Below the pieces are notes generated by a model, which was not told the origin of the DNA, did not search any database, and saw nothing but the letters and a program-made list of their open reading frames with translations. Shown piece by piece: positions 46,364-55,495 of a stretch of 64,000 bases of DNA; position 1 is the first letter of the stretch; each line of letters starts with the position of its first letter. This DNA is from a virus: positions 41,060 through 105,059 of IMG/VR virus record IMGVR_UViG_3300027797_000016, one strand, 5' to 3'. Made by a program: the position numbers and the translations under genes.

Positions 46364-46716
46364 TAGGAGCGGGGGGACTTGAACCCCCACGGTCTAAGAC
46401 CAGCGGATTTTACTTACCACTATAGTTTTCACTACCCTTTCGGTTTGTGGTCTGGACTATGCCTTCACCATTTACTAAAAGTAATTAGGTGGGTGATTAT
46501 AGTCTCTACACGTTTTGTATTCTTTCAGATAATTCAAACCCTCTCTGAAACCACATTGGGTAGCGGTTGTCTTTCCAACTGTCATACAACTTCGCTCGGC
46601 GTTGGCATCAGCATTACCCGTTAAGCGTTCACCGAATTTACACCTTACTACTTACTCGTTTCCAAATAAGCGACCCATTTTGAGTCCGATGCGGCTACCA
46701 ATTACGCCACACTCCC
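46364..46716 (-). tRNA. trnL: tRNA-Leu(UAA) split by a group I intron (exons 46716-46683 and 46412-46364)
   Basis: GGGAGTGTGGCGTAATTGGTAGCCGCATCGGACT | TAAAATCCGCTGGTCTTAGACCGTGGGGGTTCAAGTCCCCCCGCTCCTA; long variable arm. Confidence 0.9.
46413..46682 (-). mobile_element. Group I intron, 270 nt, no ORF
   Basis: P1 GACU^CA/UGGGUC with U.G; P AAUUCGGUGAA; Q AACGCCGAGC; R GUAGAGACUA; S AGGCAUAGUCC; P2 and P9 GAAA loops; terminal G. Confidence 0.9.
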
Positions 46717-46725
46717 GATAAGACA

Positions 46726-46754
46726 ATCATAAGACCTCTGCCTCAGATTGTCAA
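46726..46754 (-). promoter_or_regulatory. Sigma70 promoter for tRNA-Leu
   Basis: TTGACA-17-TATGAT. Confidence 0.85.
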
Positions 46755-46759
46755 GTGTA

Positions 46760-46966
46760 TCATCCCAAATAAGTTGCGGGATGATACTTCAAGTACTCAC
46801 GAAAAGTCAACTTCATTTCCTTTCCACTCATCCCACAGTTTTTTGCTGCTGCAGGAAGGTTCATTTTAGAATAAAATAATGCTTCATTTGATTCCTTTAC
46901 ATTTTCTGGTGTTGTTTTCACTGGTTCATCTTTCAGTGACTTAAGATTAATGCGATAAGGATTCAT
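46760..46966 (-). CDS. Conserved cyanomyovirus-type hypothetical protein
   Basis: VKTTPENV.E.NEALF...MNLP.AA..CGM. Confidence 0.8.
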   Translation of the reverse strand: MNPYRINLKSLKDEPVKTTPENVKESNEALFYSKMNLPAAAKNCGMSGKEMKLTFREYLKYHPATYLG

Positions 46967-47021
46967 AAGAAGGTATTGTGTGTAAAATTTTACCGGAGAT
47001 TTTTACCCCCAAAAATGGAAC

Positions 47022-47204
47022 TTAAAGTGGATTTGCATATGAGAGAGTGTTCTCATCAACAGTAGCACGAACGAAGTCTAGCACATTCATAAATTCTTGA
47101 ACAGTCTCACAGAATACTTGCTTCTCATTACCATCACTGGAATAGAGGTACACAGTACGCTTGAGAGGGTCAACCACACATCGGGTCAGGAACTCGTCTT
47201 GCAT
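47022..47204 (-). CDS. Conserved cyanomyovirus-type hypothetical protein
   Basis: ORF track; own promoter. Confidence 0.8.
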   Translation of the reverse strand: MQDEFLTRCVVDPLKRTVYLYSSDGNEKQVFCETVQEFMNVLDFVRATVDENTLSYANPL

Positions 47205-47229
47205 TCGGTTTGTTTTTGATTACCTTGTT

Positions 47230-47258
47230 ATCATAGCAGGTCCTTGGTCGGTTGTCAA
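47230..47258 (-). promoter_or_regulatory. Sigma70 promoter
   Basis: TTGACA-17-TATGAT. Confidence 0.85.
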
Positions 47259-47332
47259 GAGGTGTGAGATCAGCAAACCTTATGACTCTATTGAGACAAC
47301 AATTATAGTACTGACATCCATTTTAATTTTTT

Positions 47333-48001
47333 CTATAATGATAACCAAAGACTTGGATGAGGCATAGACTGATGATGTAAATTATATTCTGGTTTTAAGC
47401 ACAGTTTTACATCACCAGCAATTACATACCTATTCTTTAGATTTTCCTTTTTTAATGTTGAATGCATAAGATTACTAGGAAATATAATTGCTGTTCCTTC
47501 AGTAGGAGTAATTGTATAATTTCCACAATTATACTTGTTAAACTTTTTGATTAGATTATACTTATTACTTGGTTCAAAAATATTTCCAGAAACCTCATTT
47601 ACATTATTTAAATTATGAACACAGAACTTATCTGAAGTATCGTCAGAAGACAGATAATAACAAAAAGAAATATCTGATCCATTGTGTATATGAGGTTTGA
47701 GTTGAGGAATATCTTTATTGTGATATCCAACCCAAGATTTTACAAAGTTAATATTCAGTTTTTCATAATCTATTTCTAATAAATCAAGATAATTACATAT
47801 ACATTTTTTTAATGATTGGAAAAGACTGGTATAATTTTTATTCAAATGCAACGAACACCTTCCGGAATTTTCTGGTGTTTCATTTTCATATCCATTAAAC
47901 CACAAAGATTTTAATTCTTCAAAATATTGATTCTTAAATTCTTCATGCATTTCTATAGTATCTTGAGCAACTAATATAGGAAAAACCTCATGAACCTTCA
48001 T
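47333..48001 (-). CDS. 2OG-Fe(II) oxygenase (TIGR02466-like)
   Basis: PHIH...ISFCYYL...P.EG..IIFPS.L.H...R. Confidence 0.8.
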   Translation of the reverse strand: MKVHEVFPILVAQDTIEMHEEFKNQYFEELKSLWFNGYENETPENSGRCSLHLNKNYTSLFQSLKKCICNYLDLLEIDYEKLNINFVKSWVGYHNKDIPQLKPHIHNGSDISFCYYLSSDDTSDKFCVHNLNNVNEVSGNIFEPSNKYNLIKKFNKYNCGNYTITPTEGTAIIFPSNLMHSTLKKENLKNRYVIAGDVKLCLKPEYNLHHQSMPHPSLWLSL

Positions 48002-48002
48002 A

Positions 48003-48842
48003 TTATGTGTTTATATTATACTCACTATTATCTCCTGGATAGTCATTTGGTGTCAAGCCTTGATACTCGGCAATTAAATCTTCACCATCAGTTCTTGTTC
48101 CATAAACATGGTAAAAACAATCAATTGGCATTCCACCTTTTGCTTGTAGATAAATTTTCTTTTCATCCCATCTTTTTATAATTACATCCTGATGAGCACC
48201 AATAGGAGTTAAATTAATTGTAATTGATTGAATATCAACTAAATCTTTCCAATACAACGGCAATTCAATTTCAGTTTTATTTTTAACTCTTCCACGAACA
48301 TAAACATCATTACTAGGACCTTCTGGACAAGTATGTCTTAGTCTCCAACCTTCTTTTGTTGGGTGAGGAATATCAAAGTTTTTCTTTGCTGATAACACAT
48401 GAGCGCCTCCATTTGAAGTTACCCTTCCCCCCGCCGAAATATTTCCTTCTACTTCTAATCCTCCCTTTGCTATTTCCTGGGGTCCTTCAACTAAAAGAGC
48501 GACATACTCTGGAAATCCTTCAATTTTTACCGTACCTTGAACCAATAGAGTTCTGGCTTTGGATTCTGCGCTACCCTCCTCTCGTCCATCAATAACTACA
48601 TCCCCCAGTACATAAAGAGATTTCTCCGGACTTTCGCAATCCACATTTGCAGTTTTTGCAATCATCAAAGTTCCTAGTCTCTCTGGGAAAGCACCAGATC
48701 TTCCTATTTGTGCTGGACCCTCAATAAATGCAGAACCTCTTATTTTTTTATTCTCACCAACACCCAATCCAAGTGCAATGGGTTGTCCTGCACCAATCAT
48801 TACTTGTCCACCGAAAGCCGCATCATCTAATAAAAATGACAT
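48003..48842 (-). CDS. Baseplate/fibre-associated protein with C-terminal chaperone-like domain
   Basis: KNFDIPHPTKEGWRLRH.C.EGP...LP.YW..LV. Confidence 0.7.
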   Translation of the reverse strand: MSFLLDDAAFGGQVMIGAGQPIALGLGVGENKKIRGSAFIEGPAQIGRSGAFPERLGTLMIAKTANVDCESPEKSLYVLGDVVIDGREEGSAESKARTLLVQGTVKIEGFPEYVALLVEGPQEIAKGGLEVEGNISAGGRVTSNGGAHVLSAKKNFDIPHPTKEGWRLRHTCPEGPSNDVYVRGRVKNKTEIELPLYWKDLVDIQSITINLTPIGAHQDVIIKRWDEKKIYLQAKGGMPIDCFYHVYGTRTDGEDLIAEYQGLTPNDYPGDNSEYNINT

Positions 48843-48854
48843 AATTTTTCTCCT

Positions 48855-49472
48855 TTACTTTGGTTGTTGTTTTCTTTGGAAGGATTGACCACCGACTTTT
48901 GAATCTACATTTGCACATCCATCACTTACTCCACGAATAATTGATGAATAAATTGTCATACAACTATTTGCAACGATTTCTGCTTTACCAGGACTTGCAA
49001 TTTTATACATTAACTTTGCATTAATAAGAACCTTATTATCAGCATCAAGTTTTATGTTTTCATTTGCTTCCAATCTAATATTACCTTTAGTTCCACCTTC
49101 TCCTATTGCAATAAGTTCTATATCAGTACCTTGCAATCTTATCTTACCATTGGATGCAATAATGTCAATATTTCCATTAACCGCATTAATGAATAGAGTA
49201 TCTTCTGCTTCTACTCTATCTTCTCCCGATTGAATTGCAATTCTTCCTGGAGCAGTAATTTGAGTGGATCCTGTTCTTACACCATCCTTATCCAAAACAA
49301 TAGAGTGCCTTCCATCTGATGCTTGAAGTAATATATCCGAAGTAACTGCCCCATCAGCAGAAACGTGTCCAAAAGAAATTGAACCGTGATCATTTCCTTG
49401 GCGGATTGCTGTATAATTCTTTTTAGCAGTAGGTGTATTTCTATTCTTATTTCTATTCTGAGGGGTTGCCAT
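48855..49472 (-). CDS. Probable gp5 C-terminal beta-helix-like hub protein
   Basis: Repetitive I.A.NG.I.I pattern; position after gp5. Confidence 0.55.
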   Translation of the reverse strand: MATPQNRNKNRNTPTAKKNYTAIRQGNDHGSISFGHVSADGAVTSDILLQASDGRHSIVLDKDGVRTGSTQITAPGRIAIQSGEDRVEAEDTLFINAVNGNIDIIASNGKIRLQGTDIELIAIGEGGTKGNIRLEANENIKLDADNKVLINAKLMYKIASPGKAEIVANSCMTIYSSIIRGVSDGCANVDSKVGGQSFQRKQQPK

Positions 49473-49483
49473 ATGATTAATTA

Positions 49484-52222
49484 TTAAGGTGTGAACATTT
49501 CGATTGTTGGATATTCTGTAAATCCAAATCCAGGATCAATAACAGCAACTTTAATCACTCTTCCAAAAGATCCAAAAACTGGTTCAAGAACAGCACCATT
49601 ACTTGGAGTAATTCTAATTTTATCAGTAACATTATAATTGATTCCTGGATTTGTCACAATAACACTTTTTAATCTTAAAGCTACTGGATAAGTTGGATCT
49701 TTAACTGGTTCTTGAACAAAAGGAACTGAAGGTGGGAAATAATCTCCAGCACCAATAATACTACGACTACTTAACGTTGACCGAACTGTTCCTGGAATAT
49801 TTAGTAGAGGGTCATTACTTGTTATATCAGTACCTTGTCTTAAGATAGCAGATGGTAGAGTAGTAACTTGCGCAATAATACTTTCTCTTAAAGTATCATA
49901 TACTTGAATTGGTTCTCCTACAGTTTCATAATAACCAGCATAACGAATACCATTATCATAATAAACAGCACCATAATAAGCCCTTCCATTTACATATCCA
50001 GTTTGTTTTAATCCAACAAGATCAGTGACTTGTAAAAGTTTTGATCCATCTATTACAATTGGATCTCTTACAACTTCAAATTGTGGTATAAATGTTGCAT
50101 TAATTCCTGTTGGTGTAGGAGTTCCTGGTGGAGTTCCTGGTGGAGTTCCTGGTGGGGTTCCTGGTGGAGTTCCCGGTGGAGTTCCCGGTGGGGTTCCCGG
50201 TGGAGTTCCCGGTGGAGTTCCCGGTGGAGTTCCCGGTGGAGTTCCTGGTGGAGTTCCTGGTGGAGTTCCTGGTGGGGTTCCCGGTGGGGTTCCTGGTGGG
50301 GTTCCCGGTGGAGTTCCCGGTGGAGTTCCCGGTGGAGTTCCTGGTGGAGTTCCTGGTGGAGTTCCTGGTGGGGTTCCTGGTGGAGTTCCCGGTGGAGTTC
50401 CTGGTGGAGTTCCTGGTGGAGTTCCCGGTGGAGTTCCCGGTGGGGTTCCTGGTGGAGTTCCTGGTGGAGTTCCTGGTGGGGTTCCCGGTGGGGTTCCCGG
50501 TGGGGTTCCTGGTGGGGTTCCCGGTGGAGTTCCCGGTGGAGTTCCTGGTGGAGTTCCTGGTGGAGTTCCTGGTGGAGTTCCTGGTGGAGTTCCTGGTGGG
50601 GTTCCCGGTGGGGTTCCTGGTGGAGTTCCTGGTGGAGTTCCTGGTGGAGTTCCTGGTGGAGTTCCTGGTGGAGTTCCTGGTGGAGTTCCTGGTGGAGTTG
50701 GTGTAGGAGTACCAGGAGTTGGAGGTGTTGGAGGTGTTGGTGTAGGAGTACCAGGAGTTGGAGGTGTTGGAGGTGTTGGAGTTGGAGTTAGTGAAGTTGG
50801 TGTAGGATAACCCAGACCAGGATCTATTACTTCTATTTGCGTTACAAGTCCTCGTATTTCTTTTTCTGGTCTTGGTGGAATTGGTAGTTTTGGTGTATCT
50901 ATATCCACAGAGAACGCAAGGATTCTCATATCATTAAAATCATTTCTAGTTATGTTTGCATCAGCAAATATAACATTAGATTTTTCGCCGGGAGTTTGCT
51001 TTAACTTATTAGGACCATCTTCATGTAACTTTGTGAAGTCATGTTTTCCTTTTTCTAGGGTTCCTACTTGGATTCCACCCCCTCCACTGCCACGTGGCCG
51101 GCCGACTCTGTTTCCATCAATATCTCTATCCACAAAGGCTCCCCCTTCCCCCTTTACTGTGCCACCATCTGATGATGCTACTACTCTATAGTCAACATTT
51201 GGTTTTACCATTCTACGCTCAACCATACTTCTCCTTAGACCACCAGGTCCGCCCTTACGATCTTCTCTTATGCTAAATTCATGTCGTGGGCCGGGGTTTT
51301 TTCTAGGATTCTGCTCTGTAAATGTAAATCTATAACCCGTTCCAATATCTCCTGCACCTGTTACCCTCCAAGTTACCTCTAAAAGATCTCCGGGTTTATA
51401 ACCTTTTATTCTTGCAAGAGTCTCTGGAGAAACTTTTAGTCTATATGTGAGACTATATGTTGTTCTGCCTCCGAATGGTGTTGGACGAGGACTTGAAGGT
51501 GTAAATACGCCTGCCTCAAACGGACCTTGACGACCTGTACCTTGACCAAGACCTTTACCAGGACCTGAAGATGCCTTACCATCAAATAGTACGGATGGTA
51601 ATGTGGACGCACTGAAGTAAGATTTTGGATCCCAAGGGCCCATATCTTCTCCATCTAGACCCCAATTTCTCCCATAACCAACTTCATTTTCGGGGCAAAG
51701 TTTTTCTGGCGGCGCATCTCGTTTTTCTTTTTCTTGCTTAACAGGAGGATCGTCAAGAATAGCTCTGAGTACAGCACCACTTCCAATTGATGCATTATCT
51801 CTTGCAGAAACGAGTGGTGGATACTGATATCCATTGCCACGACGAACAATATCTACAGCCATAATAGCACCATCTGTACCTATGACTGCATTAGCCGCAG
51901 CACCAATTCCACCTCCACCAAAAATTTGAATGGTTGGAGGTTTACATAGTGTATTTGAACTAGTAATTCCTACGCATGGGTCACCTTTTTTTGTTAACTC
52001 TTTTGTTCCTGACTTTTCAATTAAGTCTCTAACCTGCTTAATATTCAAATATTTAAGTACTTGCTTTCCACTTCTAAAGATAAAAATAGTTCCTGGGTTT
52101 TTCTTGTCATATTCTTTTGCCTCACAGAATGTTACATTCCTAACCAATCCCAAAATAGGATCAATATAAGCAAATCTAAAATCATCTTCTATTGCTTCAC
52201 CAAATAAAATTAATTTTGACAT
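49484..52222 (-). CDS. Baseplate-associated structural protein with Pro-Pro-Gly-Thr repeat linker
   Basis: [10 protein letters not shown]...G.GY modules; PPGT x48. Confidence 0.8.
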   Translation of the reverse strand: MSKLILFGEAIEDDFRFAYIDPILGLVRNVTFCEAKEYDKKNPGTIFIFRSGKQVLKYLNIKQVRDLIEKSGTKELTKKGDPCVGITSSNTLCKPPTIQIFGGGGIGAAANAVIGTDGAIMAVDIVRRGNGYQYPPLVSARDNASIGSGAVLRAILDDPPVKQEKEKRDAPPEKLCPENEVGYGRNWGLDGEDMGPWDPKSYFSASTLPSVLFDGKASSGPGKGLGQGTGRQGPFEAGVFTPSSPRPTPFGGRTTYSLTYRLKVSPETLARIKGYKPGDLLEVTWRVTGAGDIGTGYRFTFTEQNPRKNPGPRHEFSIREDRKGGPGGLRRSMVERRMVKPNVDYRVVASSDGGTVKGEGGAFVDRDIDGNRVGRPRGSGGGGIQVGTLEKGKHDFTKLHEDGPNKLKQTPGEKSNVIFADANITRNDFNDMRILAFSVDIDTPKLPIPPRPEKEIRGLVTQIEVIDPGLGYPTPTSLTPTPTPPTPPTPGTPTPTPPTPPTPGTPTPTPPGTPPGTPPGTPPGTPPGTPPGTPPGTPPGTPPGTPPGTPPGTPPGTPPGTPPGTPPGTPPGTPPGTPPGTPPGTPPGTPPGTPPGTPPGTPPGTPPGTPPGTPPGTPPGTPPGTPPGTPPGTPPGTPPGTPPGTPPGTPPGTPPGTPPGTPPGTPPGTPPGTPPGTPPGTPPGTPPGTPPGTPPGTPPGTPTPTGINATFIPQFEVVRDPIVIDGSKLLQVTDLVGLKQTGYVNGRAYYGAVYYDNGIRYAGYYETVGEPIQVYDTLRESIIAQVTTLPSAILRQGTDITSNDPLLNIPGTVRSTLSSRSIIGAGDYFPPSVPFVQEPVKDPTYPVALRLKSVIVTNPGINYNVTDKIRITPSNGAVLEPVFGSFGRVIKVAVIDPGFGFTEYPTIEMFTP
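50121..50696. repeat. 48 tandem 12-bp units gttccYggtggR
   Basis: Counted directly. Confidence 0.95.
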
Positions 52223-52231
52223 ATCTAAGTT

Positions 52232-54046
52232 TTATTTTTCCTGTGTAAAACGGTTATCAAGTAAAGATTGTGGGAAGAATTGACCTGTCCCATACTCTTG
52301 TACTGGAGGACGTAAATTTGGTGTATCTTTTGATGGCTTTCCAAAATCAATTGTCGGTTCACGAAACACTGAAATACGAGGGAGACCTGCTGCTGCATCG
52401 GAAGCTGCCAAAGCAACCTCTGCAGGTCTTGGTAATTGTGCTTCTTCCGCAGCTCCAGCACCTTCTTGTAAGGTATAAAAATCTGATATAGGGCAATTTG
52501 GTTTTAAATCACACCCAAAAATATCCATAGAAATATTTTCAAAAGAAAATGCTGATACAATAGTTGCAGTAATATCAGGTATATCTATATCACCAAGTTT
52601 CTCAACGAAAGAACCCAATAAATTTTGAATCTGATCAACATCTAATATTTCATCCCCTCTATCCTCAAGAGTTTCCTCTTTTGGACCTTGATTAAAAAGT
52701 TGTTCTGCAGCCTCGATTTGACCCAATTGAACATCACTTAAAAAATTACCAATAGATCTAGTTATTTTTATAACAGTTCCATTCACAATTCCTTTATTTT
52801 TTTCAATTATAGATCCTGTTAGATCTTCAACAAAACAAATTGGCACGAAAGGTGTGGTGCCTCCTTCTGGAAATGGTTTTTCTTTGGTTGGAGGATTTGT
52901 AGGACCTTGTGATGGTTGTGATTGTGGTGTATCTTCATTATCACCCAATAGCAAATTTTTTAAAGTACCTTCTATTTGTTTAGGCAAATTTTCTGTAATC
53001 TTAATGAAAAGACATTTAATTTCTTCAGTAATTTCTATTTTAATATCAAAAAATTGAAATCTTTGATTTGGATACATTATATCGGCTAAAGGACTAAGTG
53101 CGTTATTGATTTTCTTTGTAATGAATTCTAAAATTTTATTAAAGACAATCTTCATATATTTTGCAATTTTAGGTACAAATTTTTTAACTAATTTTTCTAT
53201 TTGTTGAGCATCAGTACCAAGATCAGTCCCGATTGCTCCAATTTGAGAGACTGCATCGACATAAGATGTTGCCGATTGCAAAATCTTTTCAATTTCTTTA
53301 GTTAAAGTATCAATATCAGTTTGCATTGCTTTCATTGCAGAACCAGGAAGATCACAAGGACTTAACATTACAGTCTTTTTAAGATATAAATCTAGTCTTT
53401 TTGTATCAGCATTACTCTGCAAATGAACTGCATCAACATTTTCTATAGTTGCTCCTGGTACTGCAACTTCTAAATCTAAATCTTGAAGTTGTTCAGAAGT
53501 AGGAACTGGTGTTGATAATGATGTTGGTTTCTTAATTACAAGTCCTTCGTCAGGTGCTTTAATATTTGGATCCTTACTTCCAATAGTAGATTCGGCATAC
53601 CCACTTGTCGCAAGACTTCCTGGTGTTGTATTAGTTACCCTACTATCACCAATTTTTGTCGCAAGAGAAGTTTGTGCATTATTACCAAGCACCCCCATAA
53701 TCACAGGAACTTGTTGATCCTGACCATCTAGGAAGAAACCAAACACCATATTTCCTTGTCGGAGATTTGCTGTTCCACCCGACTTTGCTTGACCACCACC
53801 ACCAGTCACAGGATACATTACCTGTGCCCAAGGAAGTTCCTCTGATTTTATTTCATTTTCTCCTTGATCGTGAAGACCTATAATACGAACCTTATATCTT
53901 CTACCCCATCCAGGAACTTCATCCGCACTTTCAAACTTTCCTGGCAGTATATTGTCTCTCCAAGTGGAGTCATCGGCAATTTGTCCAATCCACCAGTTAA
54001 AACTTGCACCAAGAAAACCTGAATTAAATAAAGATCCTTCACTCAT
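52232..54046 (-). CDS. gp5: Baseplate hub protein, T4 gp5-like N-terminal OB fold (no lysozyme domain visible)
   Basis: WWIGQI...RYKVRIIG.H...LPWA...G..VFGFFLDG...Q.PVIMG. Confidence 0.8.
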   Translation of the reverse strand: MSEGSLFNSGFLGASFNWWIGQIADDSTWRDNILPGKFESADEVPGWGRRYKVRIIGLHDQGENEIKSEELPWAQVMYPVTGGGGQAKSGGTANLRQGNMVFGFFLDGQDQQVPVIMGVLGNNAQTSLATKIGDSRVTNTTPGSLATSGYAESTIGSKDPNIKAPDEGLVIKKPTSLSTPVPTSEQLQDLDLEVAVPGATIENVDAVHLQSNADTKRLDLYLKKTVMLSPCDLPGSAMKAMQTDIDTLTKEIEKILQSATSYVDAVSQIGAIGTDLGTDAQQIEKLVKKFVPKIAKYMKIVFNKILEFITKKINNALSPLADIMYPNQRFQFFDIKIEITEEIKCLFIKITENLPKQIEGTLKNLLLGDNEDTPQSQPSQGPTNPPTKEKPFPEGGTTPFVPICFVEDLTGSIIEKNKGIVNGTVIKITRSIGNFLSDVQLGQIEAAEQLFNQGPKEETLEDRGDEILDVDQIQNLLGSFVEKLGDIDIPDITATIVSAFSFENISMDIFGCDLKPNCPISDFYTLQEGAGAAEEAQLPRPAEVALAASDAAAGLPRISVFREPTIDFGKPSKDTPNLRPPVQEYGTGQFFPQSLLDNRFTQEK

Positions 54047-54081
54047 TATTTTTTATACTTTCCATATTAATAATAATCTAT

Positions 54082-55470
54082 TTATAATGGTTTTGGAGAC
54101 CCCATTCTTCCTGTGGAGTCTCTACATAAAGTTAATTTGGTATAACCACCAGAACGTAAACTGATATAATGACATAACTTTGCAATTACATAAAACCCTC
54201 CAAATTGTTTGTCCATAATTTTTGTATCTTTTGTAGAAGTTTCTGGGGCATCAACAAAAATATAATCGCCTGCGTGTAAACTAAAATCTCCTGTGATTGT
54301 AATTTCAACTTTTGTTGAGAAGAATTGATTATATCTCATTACAGATTGATTGAGAATATTTTTGGGATCAAAGTTTTTTGTTGTAGAATTATCAATTTGT
54401 TGTTGAGTATTTCCGTCTGGTAATGTTCCCGTATCAATTAGCATATATTGAGTTCTTGAGTAGTCTTGATTAGCACCCTCTTGATTAAATTCTTTGTTAT
54501 ATTTTGGTAGGTTTTTTCCTGCTTTTTGAAGTTTACTTTCTGCACCTTTTCCCCCTCCCAAAACATTTGGTGTTATAACTTCATAGTAACAATTAAAAGG
54601 ATCAAACATAATTGTTCTTGTTGAATATGTTCCAATTTGAAGTTTTGATTGGACACTTCCACTAGGAGTCACAACATTATATTCTAATATTTTTCCTCCA
54701 TATTCGGGAGGAACACTTGAACCTCTTCCATCAGGAGTTTCATTATAAACTAAACTCTTATACTTTTTTGGACCACCACCAGGTTCATTTTTTGAAAGTA
54801 ACCCCTCCACAGATTTAAATTTATATCCATCAGAAGTTTCATAAAAAAAGAAACCTGCAGTATTACCTAAAGCATTTGAACCATTAGGGCCTGAAATTTG
54901 AGGTACTGCTTTTCTTGCAAGTTGTAAAATAGTAGCAAATGGTCTCATATTGTTTCCAATATGATTTAAATTGTTAGATGTTTGCTCAATATCTAATTTT
55001 TTCTTTTCATCAACTTTTAATGTGTCTTCTAATATTGTTTTAATGCTATCTGATATTCTTCCCTTCAATCTATAATTTACTGTGGTTTTGTAATTCATAA
55101 TTGATTCTTTAGATCCAAGAGTTACAGAGACTAAAGATTTTCTGTTTTCTTTTGCTACTGGTGTTATTGCATCAGTATATAAGGTAACTTTTATTTCTTC
55201 ATCATTTGGATCTGTAAGTATTAAATCAACCTTTTCAGTTCCAACCATTTGCAAAGCATCTACCGCATTTTTAAACTCACCACCTTTTTGTACTGTACCC
55301 GTATCCCCAAAAAGAATATCAACTTTTAGAGTTGGGCTTAAAAGATCTTCAAAGTAATACAAATCAGTAATCAAAACTCCAATGTCGGATTTTGTTGCTC
55401 CATCATTAGAATGCACCAGACATTTTTTAATATCAAACTCTTTAGCTTGTGCTGCTGTGATTGCGGACAT
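54082..55470 (-). CDS. Probable baseplate hub (gp27-like)
   Basis: YFED.LSP, GFFFYET.DGY.FKS, GDFSL.AGD, G.Y.I..L.H motifs; adjacent to gp5. Confidence 0.6.
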   Translation of the reverse strand: MSAITAAQAKEFDIKKCLVHSNDGATKSDIGVLITDLYYFEDLLSPTLKVDILFGDTGTVQKGGEFKNAVDALQMVGTEKVDLILTDPNDEEIKVTLYTDAITPVAKENRKSLVSVTLGSKESIMNYKTTVNYRLKGRISDSIKTILEDTLKVDEKKKLDIEQTSNNLNHIGNNMRPFATILQLARKAVPQISGPNGSNALGNTAGFFFYETSDGYKFKSVEGLLSKNEPGGGPKKYKSLVYNETPDGRGSSVPPEYGGKILEYNVVTPSGSVQSKLQIGTYSTRTIMFDPFNCYYEVITPNVLGGGKGAESKLQKAGKNLPKYNKEFNQEGANQDYSRTQYMLIDTGTLPDGNTQQQIDNSTTKNFDPKNILNQSVMRYNQFFSTKVEITITGDFSLHAGDYIFVDAPETSTKDTKIMDKQFGGFYVIAKLCHYISLRSGGYTKLTLCRDSTGRMGSPKPL

Positions 55471-55495
55471 TTTTTAAATCTTTTCTTACTACTAT

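Noticed and set aside
46379-46624. 81-aa plus-strand ORF as an intron-encoded protein
   Set aside because: Antisense to the intron, no nuclease motifs
46672-46716. tRNA-Leu(CAA) read from exon 1 plus CAAAAT
   Set aside because: CAAAAT is the intron 5' end forming P1; no anticodon-stem partner or T arm follows
47311-47339. Plus-strand CTGACA-17-TATAAT, antisense to the 2OG oxygenase
   Set aside because: Single near-match in AT-rich DNA with no supporting terminator or ORF; could be chance
50121-50696. CRISPR array
   Set aside because: Contiguous 12-bp coding repeat with no spacers; no cas genes
21726-51276. Long plus-strand ORFs (e.g. 21726..22508, 24395..24988, 50025..50810, 50081..50791, 50128..50706)
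   Set aside because: Antisense shadows of Thr/Gly/Pro-rich minus-strand genes and repeats; no RBS or promoter support
52225-52461. 78-aa minus-strand ORF overlapping the gp5 3' end
   Set aside because: Alternative frame with no RBS or slippery-site evidence
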